Of a stretch of DNA of 64,000 nucleotides, positions 46,118-56,708 are shown one piece after another. The stretch is from an uncultured virus (IMG/VR IMGVR_UViG_3300033153_006255) (lineage: Duplodnaviria; Heunggongvirae; Uroviricota; Caudoviricetes), in the IMG/VR virus record IMGVR_UViG_3300033153_006255; one strand, given 5' to 3'. Position numbers and translations under genes: made by a program. The notes under the pieces are model-generated. The model worked only from the letters and a program-made list of their open reading frames with translations, was not told the DNA's origin and ran no database searches. Position 1 is the stretch's first letter. Every line of letters starts with the position of its first letter.

Positions 46118-49100
46118 CTAGTAGCCTTTCGCGTCATAGTCTATTTCAGCTGTATCCAGAGTTACGCCATCTAAGTCTTCTACATGCACTACAAAATTAG
46201 ATGTTGACTTACTATCTATTACGGGAACACCAACAATGCCATTAGATATTGTTATTACCAATCTTGGAGCGTATGTAAAATCAACACCAAATGTAACAGT
46301 TTTTCCAGTATTAGGTACAGCAATATCTCTACCCCACGATGATTTCACAACCGGTGCTTCTAAATAAATAATACCAGAATAAAAGTATGTATTAAAATCT
46401 GCATTTAGTGTAGATAGGTTAAACCTAAATTTTACATATCTACCACTATACGTTGTTGCGGCACTTACAGTCTCAAAGTCTGTATACGTTATGTCATCAT
46501 CACTGGTACTAATTTGTACTATTACACTACCAGAATTTGTAGAAGCATTTTTATAATCAATATCTGTTATAATTTCAAATTCAAACAGTGTTTCTAAGTC
46601 ATATGGTTCTACCATCTCAAAATAGCCAGATTTTAAAAATGTATCATCTAGAATCAAGCCATCGTTAGACTCTTGATATTCCCACGTTTGACCATCTGCT
46701 TCACGCTCTTCCCACGTAGTAGTTGTCTCTAGAGCAATCGTATTTCGTGTATACGTCTTATCATAATCATTTCTCTGAATCAATCTACAGTCACTCAACT
46801 TATACTTATGTGGTACACTCCATGCATCAAATTCCTGTATAAAATTCCTATCTGGGGGTGCTACAACAGAAATAGTATCTACGCCTGGAATAGTACTTTC
46901 TAGCCCAGTAGTATCTACGGCTTTAACCATATAAGTAATATCACCAATTTCTCCAACAGATGATATAAACTCTGTAGTATCAACAACTTCTACTATAGTA
47001 GTAGCAGTACTCCAAACGCCACCCTTCTTAATAACATAACGCGCTAAATCCGCATCACTAATAGCATCCCACGTAAATATAAGTAAGTCACCAGATTGTT
47101 CTACATCAAAACCAGTAACATTAGATGGCGGTGTTGTATCTCCAACTATTATTATTGGGTCAGATACTGTACCATCACTTATAATGTCCTCTACGCTTGC
47201 TGTTTTAACTCTTACATAATATGTTTCACCTACTTCAAGAGGCGTGATTAAAAAAGTATTTTCTGGGCCATATCCTACTTGTTGGTAACTTCCACTACCC
47301 TTTTTAATCTCTACAACATAATAACCTAACACTTCTCTGGTTTTATCTGTAGGAGCTGTCCATGTAGCACTTATTTGAGCAATGTGAGTACCATCTGTAT
47401 CTACATAATCAACCTCTATAAGCGTTAAACCAGTAACGTCTGTAACTGGTTCCCATGGGTTTGCTACAGAGCCATAATCACCTTTGTTAACAGATGCCCC
47501 AAAAGTATCATTATATACATCACTAGTATATTCACGCAACATAAGTTGCATGATATCTTTTTCACTTTCTTGTATAGCTAATATTCTAAAAGGTTTACTT
47601 GTCCAGCCCGTTACATCATGCGATATAGTAACTATATCTCCAACCTCGCAGAATAAAGCGTCTATACCAACTTTAATACCACACATTATAGATGAGTATT
47701 TTGCAAGTCTTAAGTAACGTTTAGCCATACGAGATGCTTGAGAAAATCTAGTAATTCCTAATAAGGATACTTTCTTTTCAACAATATGTTGTCCTAATTG
47801 AAGCGCTTCTCTTTCATCTTGGTCTACCTTATCTTCAGCTAGTGCCTCTATGCGTTGCCATTCTTGGTTTGGGTCAACATATTGTACTAGTAGTCTATTT
47901 GGTAATTCATCTTTTGCCATTTGCGAATAACCAAACGAGCCCTCTAATATGTTATCCATAGTAAAAGCTTGCGCTGCAGATTCACCAGCTTTTTCTACAT
48001 GAAGCTTAATAGTTTCACCAGTCAGGGTTATATATCCACCAAACGTTCCAAGCATATCATTAATTATATCTAATGCTGGACGTGTATTATCTATAGCTAT
48101 ATCTAATCTAAATCTTACCTCAGTGCCACCAGCTCCATCATCTACTAACACATTACAGTACTCAGCCACTTCACCAAAACTAGTATCATCTATCCATGAT
48201 TCTGGTACACCAGCTCCATATATATCATTTGTAAGAAAATCTCTTATACATTCTGCTGGGTTATGTGAATATTCTCTGTGTGTTTTAAAGATATTGTTAG
48301 AGTCATCCCATCTTCTTATCTTCAAACCATGGACCATGCACGTTGTTGTTGGATTACCACCCTTTAGCTTATCACCAGCCGTTAAAGTAAATGCAATATA
48401 AGCGCAACGCTTTAAACCACTTACATGGTCGGACGCCCGAGCGTCTACCGTTTGATTTATAGTACCAGTATATGCTGTGTAAGTACAATCCGATATGCCC
48501 ATAGACGTATAACTGCCTTTAAAATCTCCTCCACCACCTGTAAGTAACGCAGACAACCATGCATTAAATGTGGGAAATGTTACTTTATTTGCTCCATAAT
48601 CAAAATTCCAATAGTCTGTATTAATTTCAGAATCATTTTGACCATATAACACAAAATCACTTATAGCATCGTGTTGAGTATAATATGTAGGAAGGTCCTG
48701 TCCACCCCCTGGGTCATTTATAAGAGTCTCTTTTTCAACTGCACCAGTCTTACCGAATGGTATATTATTAACACGAACATCATATATACCAGCGACTTCT
48801 CCTTCTCCAATGACTTGTATACGCTGTATAGTGGTTCCAGGGTCAGATTGCCATATCACATTACCAGCCACCTTGAGATTACCATATATAACAGCTACGG
48901 GAAGTTGATTAGTAAATGTATTGGTTAACATTCCAAAGCCATATGTAGGAGAACCACCGCCGTATCCAGTCGCATCACCAAAATCTGGTACCTTTGGAGG
49001 GTCAAATAATCCACCTATAGCAGCCCCAACAGTAGCAAACGCTGCAGTAGCTTGCAACATAGCCCATCCAGTAAGATAAATTTGCCCAGTTATCAAACCT

Positions 49101-49282
49101 ATCGTACCAACTACAACACCTACAACAGCACCCACCCACTGACCAGGAGTTTTACCAAGTCGTTCTCGCCTTAATTGGTTTATAAGTATGCGTTTAATAT
49201 GAGCGTCTGTTACAGAATCTAGCTCTTTTAGCTTTTCTTTGTATATTTTTAAGTTATCATTCTTCTCTTGTGAGTTCATCAT
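46118..49282 (-). CDS. Central tail tip / host-specificity protein (gpJ-like) with Fn3 domains
   Basis: PVAVIYG...GNVIW, NPAECIRDFLTN.IYGAG, EVGDIV, YYVRVK, DTTPPSNVTG. Confidence 0.85.
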   Translation of the reverse strand: MMNSQEKNDNLKIYKEKLKELDSVTDAHIKRILINQLRRERLGKTPGQWVGAVVGVVVGTIGLITGQIYLTGWAMLQATAAFATVGAAIGGLFDPPKVPDFGDATGYGGGSPTYGFGMLTNTFTNQLPVAVIYGNLKVAGNVIWQSDPGTTIQRIQVIGEGEVAGIYDVRVNNIPFGKTGAVEKETLINDPGGGQDLPTYYTQHDAISDFVLYGQNDSEINTDYWNFDYGANKVTFPTFNAWLSALLTGGGGDFKGSYTSMGISDCTYTAYTGTINQTVDARASDHVSGLKRCAYIAFTLTAGDKLKGGNPTTTCMVHGLKIRRWDDSNNIFKTHREYSHNPAECIRDFLTNDIYGAGVPESWIDDTSFGEVAEYCNVLVDDGAGGTEVRFRLDIAIDNTRPALDIINDMLGTFGGYITLTGETIKLHVEKAGESAAQAFTMDNILEGSFGYSQMAKDELPNRLLVQYVDPNQEWQRIEALAEDKVDQDEREALQLGQHIVEKKVSLLGITRFSQASRMAKRYLRLAKYSSIMCGIKVGIDALFCEVGDIVTISHDVTGWTSKPFRILAIQESEKDIMQLMLREYTSDVYNDTFGASVNKGDYGSVANPWEPVTDVTGLTLIEVDYVDTDGTHIAQISATWTAPTDKTREVLGYYVVEIKKGSGSYQQVGYGPENTFLITPLEVGETYYVRVKTASVEDIISDGTVSDPIIIVGDTTPPSNVTGFDVEQSGDLLIFTWDAISDADLARYVIKKGGVWSTATTIVEVVDTTEFISSVGEIGDITYMVKAVDTTGLESTIPGVDTISVVAPPDRNFIQEFDAWSVPHKYKLSDCRLIQRNDYDKTYTRNTIALETTTTWEEREADGQTWEYQESNDGLILDDTFLKSGYFEMVEPYDLETLFEFEIITDIDYKNASTNSGSVIVQISTSDDDITYTDFETVSAATTYSGRYVKFRFNLSTLNADFNTYFYSGIIYLEAPVVKSSWGRDIAVPNTGKTVTFGVDFTYAPRLVITISNGIVGVPVIDSKSTSNFVVHVEDLDGVTLDTAEIDYDAKGY

Positions 49283-49661
49283 TCCTTATTCCTACAAAAA
49301 ATCTTTTTTGCCAATACGATTCACTTAGTTTACTTACACGGCTCTCTTTATCTTCTAATTGATGTATAAATCTTCCGAACTTATCAATCATAATACCCAT
49401 ATGTCGTACTTCACCCTTAATTACAAAAAACACAACATCAAATTCCTTTAAATCCTTTTCTAACTTTATTACATTACCCTTTTTAATTGCCTGTTCTATC
49501 AAACGATATTTAGAGTCCATACTACATGGAGAACTCTCTGGTATAGTATAATTTTTTTCATTAATTAAAATGAGTTTTACAATACCAAGACAATCACAAC
49601 CCTTAAAATCACTACCACCCCATTGCCACGGAATACCTAAATACTTATCAGACCAAGACAT
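49257..49661 (-). CDS. NlpC/P60 tail-assembly protein
   Basis: YLGIPW.WGG....G.DC.G, HMGI, FIH. Confidence 0.85.
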   Translation of the reverse strand: MSWSDKYLGIPWQWGGSDFKGCDCLGIVKLILINEKNYTIPESSPCSMDSKYRLIEQAIKKGNVIKLEKDLKEFDVVFFVIKGEVRHMGIMIDKFGRFIHQLEDKESRVSKLSESYWQKRFFVGIRNDELTREE

Positions 49662-49670
49662 TTTAGCCCC

Positions 49671-50534
49671 CTATTGTCTTATCACCATCTGCTGTGGAAT
49701 TGTAAAGAACCCACCAAACGCAGCCTCATTACCTATTCCAGAACAACTAGCAATTGTTTTATCACAACCTCTACTTATTTCGTATGTATCTCCATTACTA
49801 GGCGCCGCGTCTAAAGCATAATCTAATGTAAATGATGTACCAGAAGCACAATCTATGACTATACGTGATTCTCCATCATTTGCGCCGGAAGTAAAGTCTA
49901 CTGTACCATAATTATAATAATCATCTACCTGTGGTAATGCTGAATCTTTAATAACAGTTGTAGTGCAATCTGCATCCGCAGTGCCGCTAAATACATTTAA
50001 GAGCTGAGAAGTGGTCATATTGCCATCAGTACAACCACTAGCCGCAAATTTCCACGGACAAGAAATGCTATATCTTCGACGAGGACATTCATACTCGAAT
50101 GTTCCAGCACGCGACACACATTCCATTTCCATAACATTCTCACCGAGACCAGGCCTATTCATAATACCAGTAAACATATAGACATCGTCATCTTTAGCCC
50201 AAGAACCAGATATATCAGCGAATATCTTACGCACTACTATCTTCCGCCCACGAAACTCGTTACTTGCAACATATGATGACATAGCGCGGTTGACATTATC
50301 TAATTTAACATTTACGCTATCTACTTTTGTGTCAACAGATGTTTTTATGGTATCACGAGTTATGCCTAAAGCAGTATATGTAGCTGCGTTACCATCAACA
50401 TCATAAAAAGATATGTCTCTATCAAACGCAGCAAAATGCAGTGTTTGGTCATCTAAAAAAATGTCGTATATTTCTAATGGTTTATTTTGCGTATTATCTA
50501 ATATTCCGCTAACAGCAGCAGTAGTATCTCTCAC
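49671..50534 (-). CDS. Baseplate hub protein (DUF2163/BR0599-like)
   Basis: PRRRY...CPW......C...GCDKT...C....N...FGGF. Confidence 0.8.
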   Translation of the reverse strand: MRDTTAAVSGILDNTQNKPLEIYDIFLDDQTLHFAAFDRDISFYDVDGNAATYTALGITRDTIKTSVDTKVDSVNVKLDNVNRAMSSYVASNEFRGRKIVVRKIFADISGSWAKDDDVYMFTGIMNRPGLGENVMEMECVSRAGTFEYECPRRRYSISCPWKFAASGCTDGNMTTSQLLNVFSGTADADCTTTVIKDSALPQVDDYYNYGTVDFTSGANDGESRIVIDCASGTSFTLDYALDAAPSNGDTYEISRGCDKTIASCSGIGNEAAFGGFFTIPQQMVIRQ

Positions 50535-50542
50535 AAGTTCTC

Positions 50543-50878
50543 CTATGTAACCTCTGTAAAATATAGAGTGATGTTATATCGGTCAAGCCCAATATATTCT
50601 ATCTTTAATATATTCTCTGTAAATCGCACTGTATAGGCCACGCCATCCTGTGGATTTTCCCATGTAAATGATTCAAAACCTTCACGAGCAGTAAAAAATG
50701 CTTCTATAGAATCTTTAACTGCCTGAGTAGAATTATAGAAATTTAAAACGAAAGTACGCTTTGGAGTAGACCACTTGTTGCGTCTACGCTCTTCACCATA
50801 CGTTGTATTTGTTATAAGCGTATTATAATTTATGCTCTGTGTATATGTAGCATCTGGTAAGTCAGTAAATGTAGCCAT
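50543..50878 (-). CDS. Distal tail / minor tail protein (gpM-like)
   Basis: GEERR...W...FF.AR.G.ESFTW.NP...VRF. Confidence 0.7.
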   Translation of the reverse strand: MATFTDLPDATYTQSINYNTLITNTTYGEERRRNKWSTPKRTFVLNFYNSTQAVKDSIEAFFTAREGFESFTWENPQDGVAYTVRFTENILKIEYIGLDRYNITLYFTEVT

Positions 50879-50889
50879 CTCATACTCCG

Positions 50890-51231
50890 CTATACAATTT
50901 GTATAAGTTTTATCTGTACATTATACACATCATCTGCGACGCGTTCATATGCGAACTCGTCATCTGCAAATCTGACTGTGTAAGACGTGTTATTTGTAGG
51001 GTCTACCCAAGTAAATGTTTGATGTGCTCCGTGTTGAAGTTGAAAAAAAGCAAGCATATCATCTACCTGGGTTTTAACTATGGTTCTGAAAACTAACGTA
51101 AATGCACTCTTTGAATGCGCATGTTTTAATCTTCGCTGTTCTTTTCCTGACTCAAAAGTATGTATATCAGTTACAAATCCTTTTTGGTCTTCCATTGTAT
51201 AATCAGGAATCCAATGAAATGTGCCAGGCAT
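50890..51231 (-). CDS. Distal tail / minor tail protein (paralog)
   Basis: GKEQRR...FF...G...FTW.DP...VRF. Confidence 0.7.
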   Translation of the reverse strand: MPGTFHWIPDYTMEDQKGFVTDIHTFESGKEQRRLKHAHSKSAFTLVFRTIVKTQVDDMLAFFQLQHGAHQTFTWVDPTNNTSYTVRFADDEFAYERVADDVYNVQIKLIQIV

Positions 51232-53966
51232 TATTTTATCCTCTTAATTGTTTTACGTGTACTACCGCCCCTTATTAAATCAGCATTAATTAGATTTATT
51301 ACAGTATCTGGTTCATGTGCTATTTGGGCATTTACAAAGTTAGGGTCTACGACATTTATGATAGTAAGACCGCCGCCTTGGTTTCTATTATACTCATCTA
51401 ACGGAACAACAGCTTCTGGACCAGACTCTCCTATTAAGCTCATAGTTGGTTTTCTAACAATGCCACCCTCAGCTCCTACAAATAATCCAGGATTTGCACG
51501 CTGAAATGCTTGTGTTGATACAGCATTAGTTGCAGTACTAGTTGCTGCAGTATTTGTCATACCAGTAAACCAACTTGTAACACCACCAACCATTTGTTCA
51601 ATAGCAGCCATATAAAACTGAGCTCTAATAAATCCAGCCACCATATTACCAAGTGCTTGACTCCAACCTTCTAATATTCCACGTATGAAACCATGTATAA
51701 AGTTATTAAGAGCATCATCTAATACTCGTTGCCATACATCAGCAAAGGTTGTAGCGCCCTTTAATAGGTCTACTATTGTATCAGCCCAAGATGCAGAAAC
51801 TTTTTTGATGATAGCATCAGTATTACCTGCCATATCAGTCATCAGCTTGTTTACCCTTGTCATCTCTTCATTAGTTTTATCACCAAGTACTGTTAACATC
51901 GCTGACAAATCTTTTATCCCAGCTTCAGCCCTAGCAAGAGCTTTATCTATATAGCCTACTGCATCGGGAAACTGTGTTTTAAGATAATCACCAAGTGCAG
52001 AGAATGTTTCTTTTAATTCTTCAGCTACTATCGTTCCGCTTTCTATGATAGGTTTTTTAACACCTTCATTAAATCCATATGTTATTTGCTCCCATAATTT
52101 TTTCATACCCTCTGTTTTACCAAACTCTTCTTTTACAGCATCTACGAAATTCTCACCAATTGTTTTATCATCACCAAGTTTTATTTTTTTAAGAGTACTT
52201 TTTATTATAGCTGGTAATTGAAGAAGGGTCTGTATAAAGCGTACTATATTATCAACAATAGTCTTTATAGCTTCTACTGTAGTGTCTAAAGCGTCCCTAA
52301 ATGGTTTCATAAATGTGTCGTCTATACTACCCTTCATTACTTCTAGGGTTCTCTTAAACAACATAGCTATAACAACAAGACTACCAAATATCACTAATAT
52401 CGCACCAGTCGTAAGAAGAACTGGTGCTAGGGTAGCAATTAAAAATTTAAAACCAAACTGAGCAGCAATAAAGAACCCAGCCATTATAAGAGTTATACCC
52501 ATAATAGCCAAACCAAGTGTGGTAAACGCACCAGCGATAAGAAGTACCCTTTTTTGAACAACACTCAAGTCATCTATTTTTTGAATCATATTAGTGAATA
52601 AACCTAATATGTTAGCTAATTCTGGTGCAAGTATGGCCCCAAGAGTAATACCAAGCGCCTGAACGTTATTTGTAAATATTTTCCACTTAGCTGCTAGTGT
52701 GCCCATCTGTATTCCATACATCTCAAAAGCTTTTTGACCGTTCTTGATACGCTGTGTAAGTTCTTCTAACTGTCCGGATTCTCTCATTAATATCATAAAA
52801 GCAACAACAGCTCTTTGCCTAACTAAGTCTGTAGAATCAGCTAGGTCCAGATTCGTCTTTTTGAGTAGTTGCATTACCTCTGTTATGCTTCTGCCCTTTA
52901 TATCTAAATCTTTAAATGCAATTCCTGTTTGTCTGGTTGCTTCAGCAAGTTCCTGCTGTCTAGCAGTAGGACTCTTTATAGCCTTAGATAGCCTTACTAA
53001 GATATTTCTATACATACGACCGGCTCTACCACCAACAATACCCATATTAGCGAGTAGACCTAAAACTGCTACTGTTTCTTCTATGTCTTTACCAAGACTA
53101 GCAGCTGCCGCACCTGCGTAAGACAATCCTTTTTGCAGGTCTTGTATATTAGTAAGTGTAAATGCTGATGCTCCAGCTAATGCATTTATAACTCTGCCAG
53201 CACTATCTGCACTAAATCCAAACTGATTCAAGGTTCTTGTAACAGATTCTACAGTCTTTTCTAATGTAACACCCTGTCTCCAGAAGGCACCAGCAAGGAT
53301 TATAGATGATTCCATAACCTTGTTATAGCCTTCCATGCCCTGTCTGGCTATAATACCAGTTCTAGCAAGAGCAACACCAGCTTTAGTAATCTCAGTAGCT
53401 GAAAATACAGTATCTTTAGACATTTGCCTCATGCTTTCGCCAAGACCATCAATATCATCAACTGTAAGCCCAGCTAGTCCCCTTATATCAGCTAAATTAG
53501 CCTCAAAAGTAGCAAATGCCTTTACACTAGCTATACCAATGCCTGTAAGAGCGGCTGCTAAACCCACCAGAACATAACCCATTCTACTCACCATCATACC
53601 GGCATAGTAAGTCTGTCTACCGGTTGTGCGCATAGTCTTACCAAGTTTTTCTGTTCTCATGCCCACAAGTCTTAAAGCGTCGGCATGCTGTTTTTGAAAG
53701 TTAACCGTATTAACAAGACCGGGCAAACCAGTTCTAAGAGCTTTATCATAGTCTTTTTGAAAAGCAGTAAGTTGCTGCATTTGTTTTGGGCTAAATCCAA
53801 GCTTTCCCATAAAACTAGTAGCTGCAGCACCAGTAATTGGCCCCTTACCCGACATTCCAGATGCCCTCGTAAGACCCTGTAAAGTCTTCGTCATTTTGGT
53901 TAACTGGGCATTCGCCTGCGCTAATCCCTTCGCTTGCGCGGCTATGATAAGGTCAACTTTAGGCAT
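51231..53966 (-). CDS. Tape measure protein (TP901 family)
   Basis: FEANLADI...FSATEI...LANMGI.G.RAG core; TM segments; GGIV..PT...IGESGPEAVVPL. Confidence 0.92.
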   Translation of the reverse strand: MPKVDLIIAAQAKGLAQANAQLTKMTKTLQGLTRASGMSGKGPITGAAATSFMGKLGFSPKQMQQLTAFQKDYDKALRTGLPGLVNTVNFQKQHADALRLVGMRTEKLGKTMRTTGRQTYYAGMMVSRMGYVLVGLAAALTGIGIASVKAFATFEANLADIRGLAGLTVDDIDGLGESMRQMSKDTVFSATEITKAGVALARTGIIARQGMEGYNKVMESSIILAGAFWRQGVTLEKTVESVTRTLNQFGFSADSAGRVINALAGASAFTLTNIQDLQKGLSYAGAAAASLGKDIEETVAVLGLLANMGIVGGRAGRMYRNILVRLSKAIKSPTARQQELAEATRQTGIAFKDLDIKGRSITEVMQLLKKTNLDLADSTDLVRQRAVVAFMILMRESGQLEELTQRIKNGQKAFEMYGIQMGTLAAKWKIFTNNVQALGITLGAILAPELANILGLFTNMIQKIDDLSVVQKRVLLIAGAFTTLGLAIMGITLIMAGFFIAAQFGFKFLIATLAPVLLTTGAILVIFGSLVVIAMLFKRTLEVMKGSIDDTFMKPFRDALDTTVEAIKTIVDNIVRFIQTLLQLPAIIKSTLKKIKLGDDKTIGENFVDAVKEEFGKTEGMKKLWEQITYGFNEGVKKPIIESGTIVAEELKETFSALGDYLKTQFPDAVGYIDKALARAEAGIKDLSAMLTVLGDKTNEEMTRVNKLMTDMAGNTDAIIKKVSASWADTIVDLLKGATTFADVWQRVLDDALNNFIHGFIRGILEGWSQALGNMVAGFIRAQFYMAAIEQMVGGVTSWFTGMTNTAATSTATNAVSTQAFQRANPGLFVGAEGGIVRKPTMSLIGESGPEAVVPLDEYNRNQGGGLTIINVVDPNFVNAQIAHEPDTVINLINADLIRGGSTRKTIKRIK

Positions 53967-53968
53967 TT

Positions 53969-54205
53969 TTATCTCCTACGGATACTTCGCATCCTTGATT
54001 TATTCTTTTCTGCTTCTGCTTTTTCTGATTTTTGTATCTCATGAAGTAGAATTAGGAATGATTGTATATCTTTGTATGGTTGTGCATAGACTTCTTCTAT
54101 GGTCCAATGAAATTCCCTACAAAGAGAAAAGATATCTAATATTCTGGGCGGGTTTTTTAATGAAGCATTACTAAATGATGCTCGTACCGCCCTTTTTAGT
54201 TTTTT
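53969..54205 (-). CDS. Tail assembly chaperone gpT-like extension reached by -1 frameshift
   Basis: A AAA AAC slippery site 54205-54199; -1 frame open to 53969 with LCREFHWTIEEVYAQP. Confidence 0.75.
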   Translation of the reverse strand, partial: KKLKRAVRASFSNASLKNPPRILDIFSLCREFHWTIEEVYAQPYKDIQSFLILLHEIQKSEKAEAEKNKSRMRSIRRR

Positions 54206-54501
54206 ACTTCAGCATCTTTTAAAGAGTTGTATTCTGAAATAGCTTCTGTAATTTTAACAGCTATCTCTCCCCTTATTCTACCAATATTCTCTTCGTCTAT
54301 AGGAACAATCTTACCATCGCTATCTTTAACATCCCACTTTACGATAGACTTAATTAATAGTTCTACACTACCGCCACCTTCATCACCAGCATTAAACTTT
54401 TTAGATGCTTCAAGTTGGTCTTTTAAGGATAACTTTTTAATGGTAAGGGTTGTATCTTCTATTACAACATCCTTGGTATAATCTTCTGCAAAAATAGACA
54501 T
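54196..54501 (-). CDS. Tail assembly chaperone (gpG-like)
   Basis: SIVKWDVKD.DG..VPI...N; between the tube and tape measure genes. Confidence 0.8.
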   Translation of the reverse strand: MSIFAEDYTKDVVIEDTTLTIKKLSLKDQLEASKKFNAGDEGGGSVELLIKSIVKWDVKDSDGKIVPIDEENIGRIRGEIAVKITEAISEYNSLKDAEVKN

Positions 54502-54522
54502 CTACGTGCCTCCTGTTTCGTT

Positions 54523-54549
54523 GAGGGAGCGGGTATTAGCCGCTCCCTC
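54523..54549 (-). terminator. GC-rich hairpin after the tail tube gene
   Basis: gagggagcgg/ccgctccctc inverted repeat. Confidence 0.45.
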
Positions 54550-54558
54550 GGGTTAATA

Positions 54559-55542
54559 TTAAACAGAACTTGATGCATTCTGTATTTTAATTCTTACTTC
54601 ATACCTCTTCCAATCTTCAGTTGGAGAGTCTGTAGCAAGTGCTGTAAACGGCATATCGTGATAAATCAAATCTGGTCCATCAACAGTAGGTGTCGTTCCA
54701 GTAAAGACTACGCGAGGGCAGTCTATATTTACCTTATAAGTATCTGAACCTGTACTGATTGTATCATCTGATGTAAAGTGCAACGCTAAGGCTGCAGTAG
54801 TGCCATTTACATACTTGTTATACATTGTGAAGTCATCAAACTCCATATTTAACGAGCCGGTAACGTCTCTAAATCCACTACGAGGTATAGCCGCTCTATA
54901 TTTACTACCAAGTTCACCCTTATCTTCTGCTAAATTATTAGCAACGGTCAGGGTAAATCCTGATACTTCTTGAGCAGTACCATCTACATAGAGAGTACCT
55001 TCGTCAAATGTGATAGGATTTAAGGTAGAAATTGAATCTGCAGTTGTTTTATTAGCAGATGTAACCTCTCTCTCACCTATCATGCTGAAAGTAGCTGATA
55101 ATGGTTCTCCGACAGCACAATTTAGAGTCATGGTATTAACTTTCATACCACTATATCTAAATACACCTGCGTCTCTTGATACTTCTAGCCTTAGACCCTC
55201 TGGAAGAGTTCCTGAAGGATAAATATCATGAACGTAAGTTGCTGATGGTGAACCACTTGGTCCAGCTGTTTCAGACCTACCGAGTGCATGTTCCATGAGA
55301 ATACTAAATTCTTGAGTTGGCTGTATTTCAGCGTTTAAATCTCCACCTACTCTACTAGCACCTTCTCTCCAAACAGAACGTCGTGATTCTCCTCTGATTG
55401 CATCGGTAGTAACAATATTTTTTTCTAGCACAATAGATTCTGAAGTAAACGGTATGAAATGATTAATGGTAGGTGTACCACTAGCCCAAACCGTCTCTTC
55501 TGCAAATCCAAATTGCGCGTTACTTCCAATTGCGGGCGACAT
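54559..55542 (-). CDS. Major tail tube protein
   Basis: FGFAEETVW..G, FRYSGMKVN...L, RDVTGSL..EF. Confidence 0.82.
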   Translation of the reverse strand: MSPAIGSNAQFGFAEETVWASGTPTINHFIPFTSESIVLEKNIVTTDAIRGESRRSVWREGASRVGGDLNAEIQPTQEFSILMEHALGRSETAGPSGSPSATYVHDIYPSGTLPEGLRLEVSRDAGVFRYSGMKVNTMTLNCAVGEPLSATFSMIGEREVTSANKTTADSISTLNPITFDEGTLYVDGTAQEVSGFTLTVANNLAEDKGELGSKYRAAIPRSGFRDVTGSLNMEFDDFTMYNKYVNGTTAALALHFTSDDTISTGSDTYKVNIDCPRVVFTGTTPTVDGPDLIYHDMPFTALATDSPTEDWKRYEVRIKIQNASSSV

Positions 55543-55543
55543 G

Positions 55544-56248
55544 TTAATTATCTCCTTTTGTTTTTAATTGATAAAATAGCTTCATAATATCTTTTGAAGC
55601 TATTATTAAATACTTATCAGTATTATACTCTCTAACGAGTCTTATTTTTTCTTGGTCTTTCTCGCTAAAAAATCCTTTTGTATCTATATACATCTCCCAA
55701 CTTGGTACATAAAAATCAGGAGAATATGTTTTGTTAATACCATTACAAATATATTTCCATCGGGGGAATTGTCCTTGCATATACCATTTGATATTAATAC
55801 TATCTAAAAAAGTAGCAAATTCTAATTCGTATGTGCCATGTAATTTAATCGCCCCGTGTTGTTTGCTATTATAAATATGCCATTTTATTCCACCTGATAA
55901 ATAAGGGGAACTTTTTCCAAACATACCATTTCTTGTTCCAACAAGTAACCCCTTCATTGCATTACTTAATTTCCTTTTCGATGCTTTACTAAACTTTTTA
56001 CCTTTTCTATGACTGCCAAATAAACGGTAGTATGTTTTAAGACCATTTGATATTTTCTTTTTACTAATATCTGATAGTTTATGCCAGTATATCCTTTTCT
56101 TAGCATTCCTGCTAACACTTAAGCCTAGGCGTCTACCTTTTACTTGTATTGCGCGATTACTGCGATTTATTAAGGAAGGAATATTTGCACCAACAGAAGC
56201 ATATTGCTCCTTTAAAATACTCAGTTCTTTATCAGTCCACGGTAACAT
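55544..56248 (-). CDS. Free-standing endonuclease (NUMOD3-like plus PD-(D/E)xK)
   Basis: G.RNGMFGK, YE.EFA.FLD, YSPDFY...IDTKG. Confidence 0.7.
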   Translation of the reverse strand: MLPWTDKELSILKEQYASVGANIPSLINRSNRAIQVKGRRLGLSVSRNAKKRIYWHKLSDISKKKISNGLKTYYRLFGSHRKGKKFSKASKRKLSNAMKGLLVGTRNGMFGKSSPYLSGGIKWHIYNSKQHGAIKLHGTYELEFATFLDSINIKWYMQGQFPRWKYICNGINKTYSPDFYVPSWEMYIDTKGFFSEKDQEKIRLVREYNTDKYLIIASKDIMKLFYQLKTKGDN

Positions 56249-56262
56249 ATATCTCCTTTTTG

Positions 56263-56706
56263 CTACGTAGCACGGACAAACCTTGTCCTGACTTGATATT
56301 CCATCTGACAGGCCATTATTGGTATGTTATCGTATTCTGCAGGTCCAAATCTACGATTTGTAACCTGGCTATAGATAGCTTGAGAGCCGACTGTATAGCC
56401 AGCTTGCAAGGCATCATCTATTCTCTGTGTAATATTTTGTACACTTTGTAATCCTGTAATATAATCTGGGGAGTTATCATATGCTGTTACAATAACTCTT
56501 GATATCATTTCTTTTCTTGCTGGCATAGCTACATCAACTTCAGCAACACTATCCAGCTCTACTGAAAGGCAAGGAAAATTTACAAAAGCAGTTTGTTGTG
56601 GGCCCCCATAATACATATCAGCAGAAGCTAAGGTTCCTGATAGATGAGGACTCGTTTTTAATGTATCAACAATACCGCTTACTAAACTAACATAATTTGT
56701 AGTCAT
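56263..56706 (-). CDS. Tail terminator-like protein
   Basis: Position before the tube gene; NFPCLSV. Confidence 0.6.
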   Translation of the reverse strand: MTTNYVSLVSGIVDTLKTSPHLSGTLASADMYYGGPQQTAFVNFPCLSVELDSVAEVDVAMPARKEMISRVIVTAYDNSPDYITGLQSVQNITQRIDDALQAGYTVGSQAIYSQVTNRRFGPAEYDNIPIMACQMEYQVRTRFVRAT

Positions 56707-56708
56707 AT

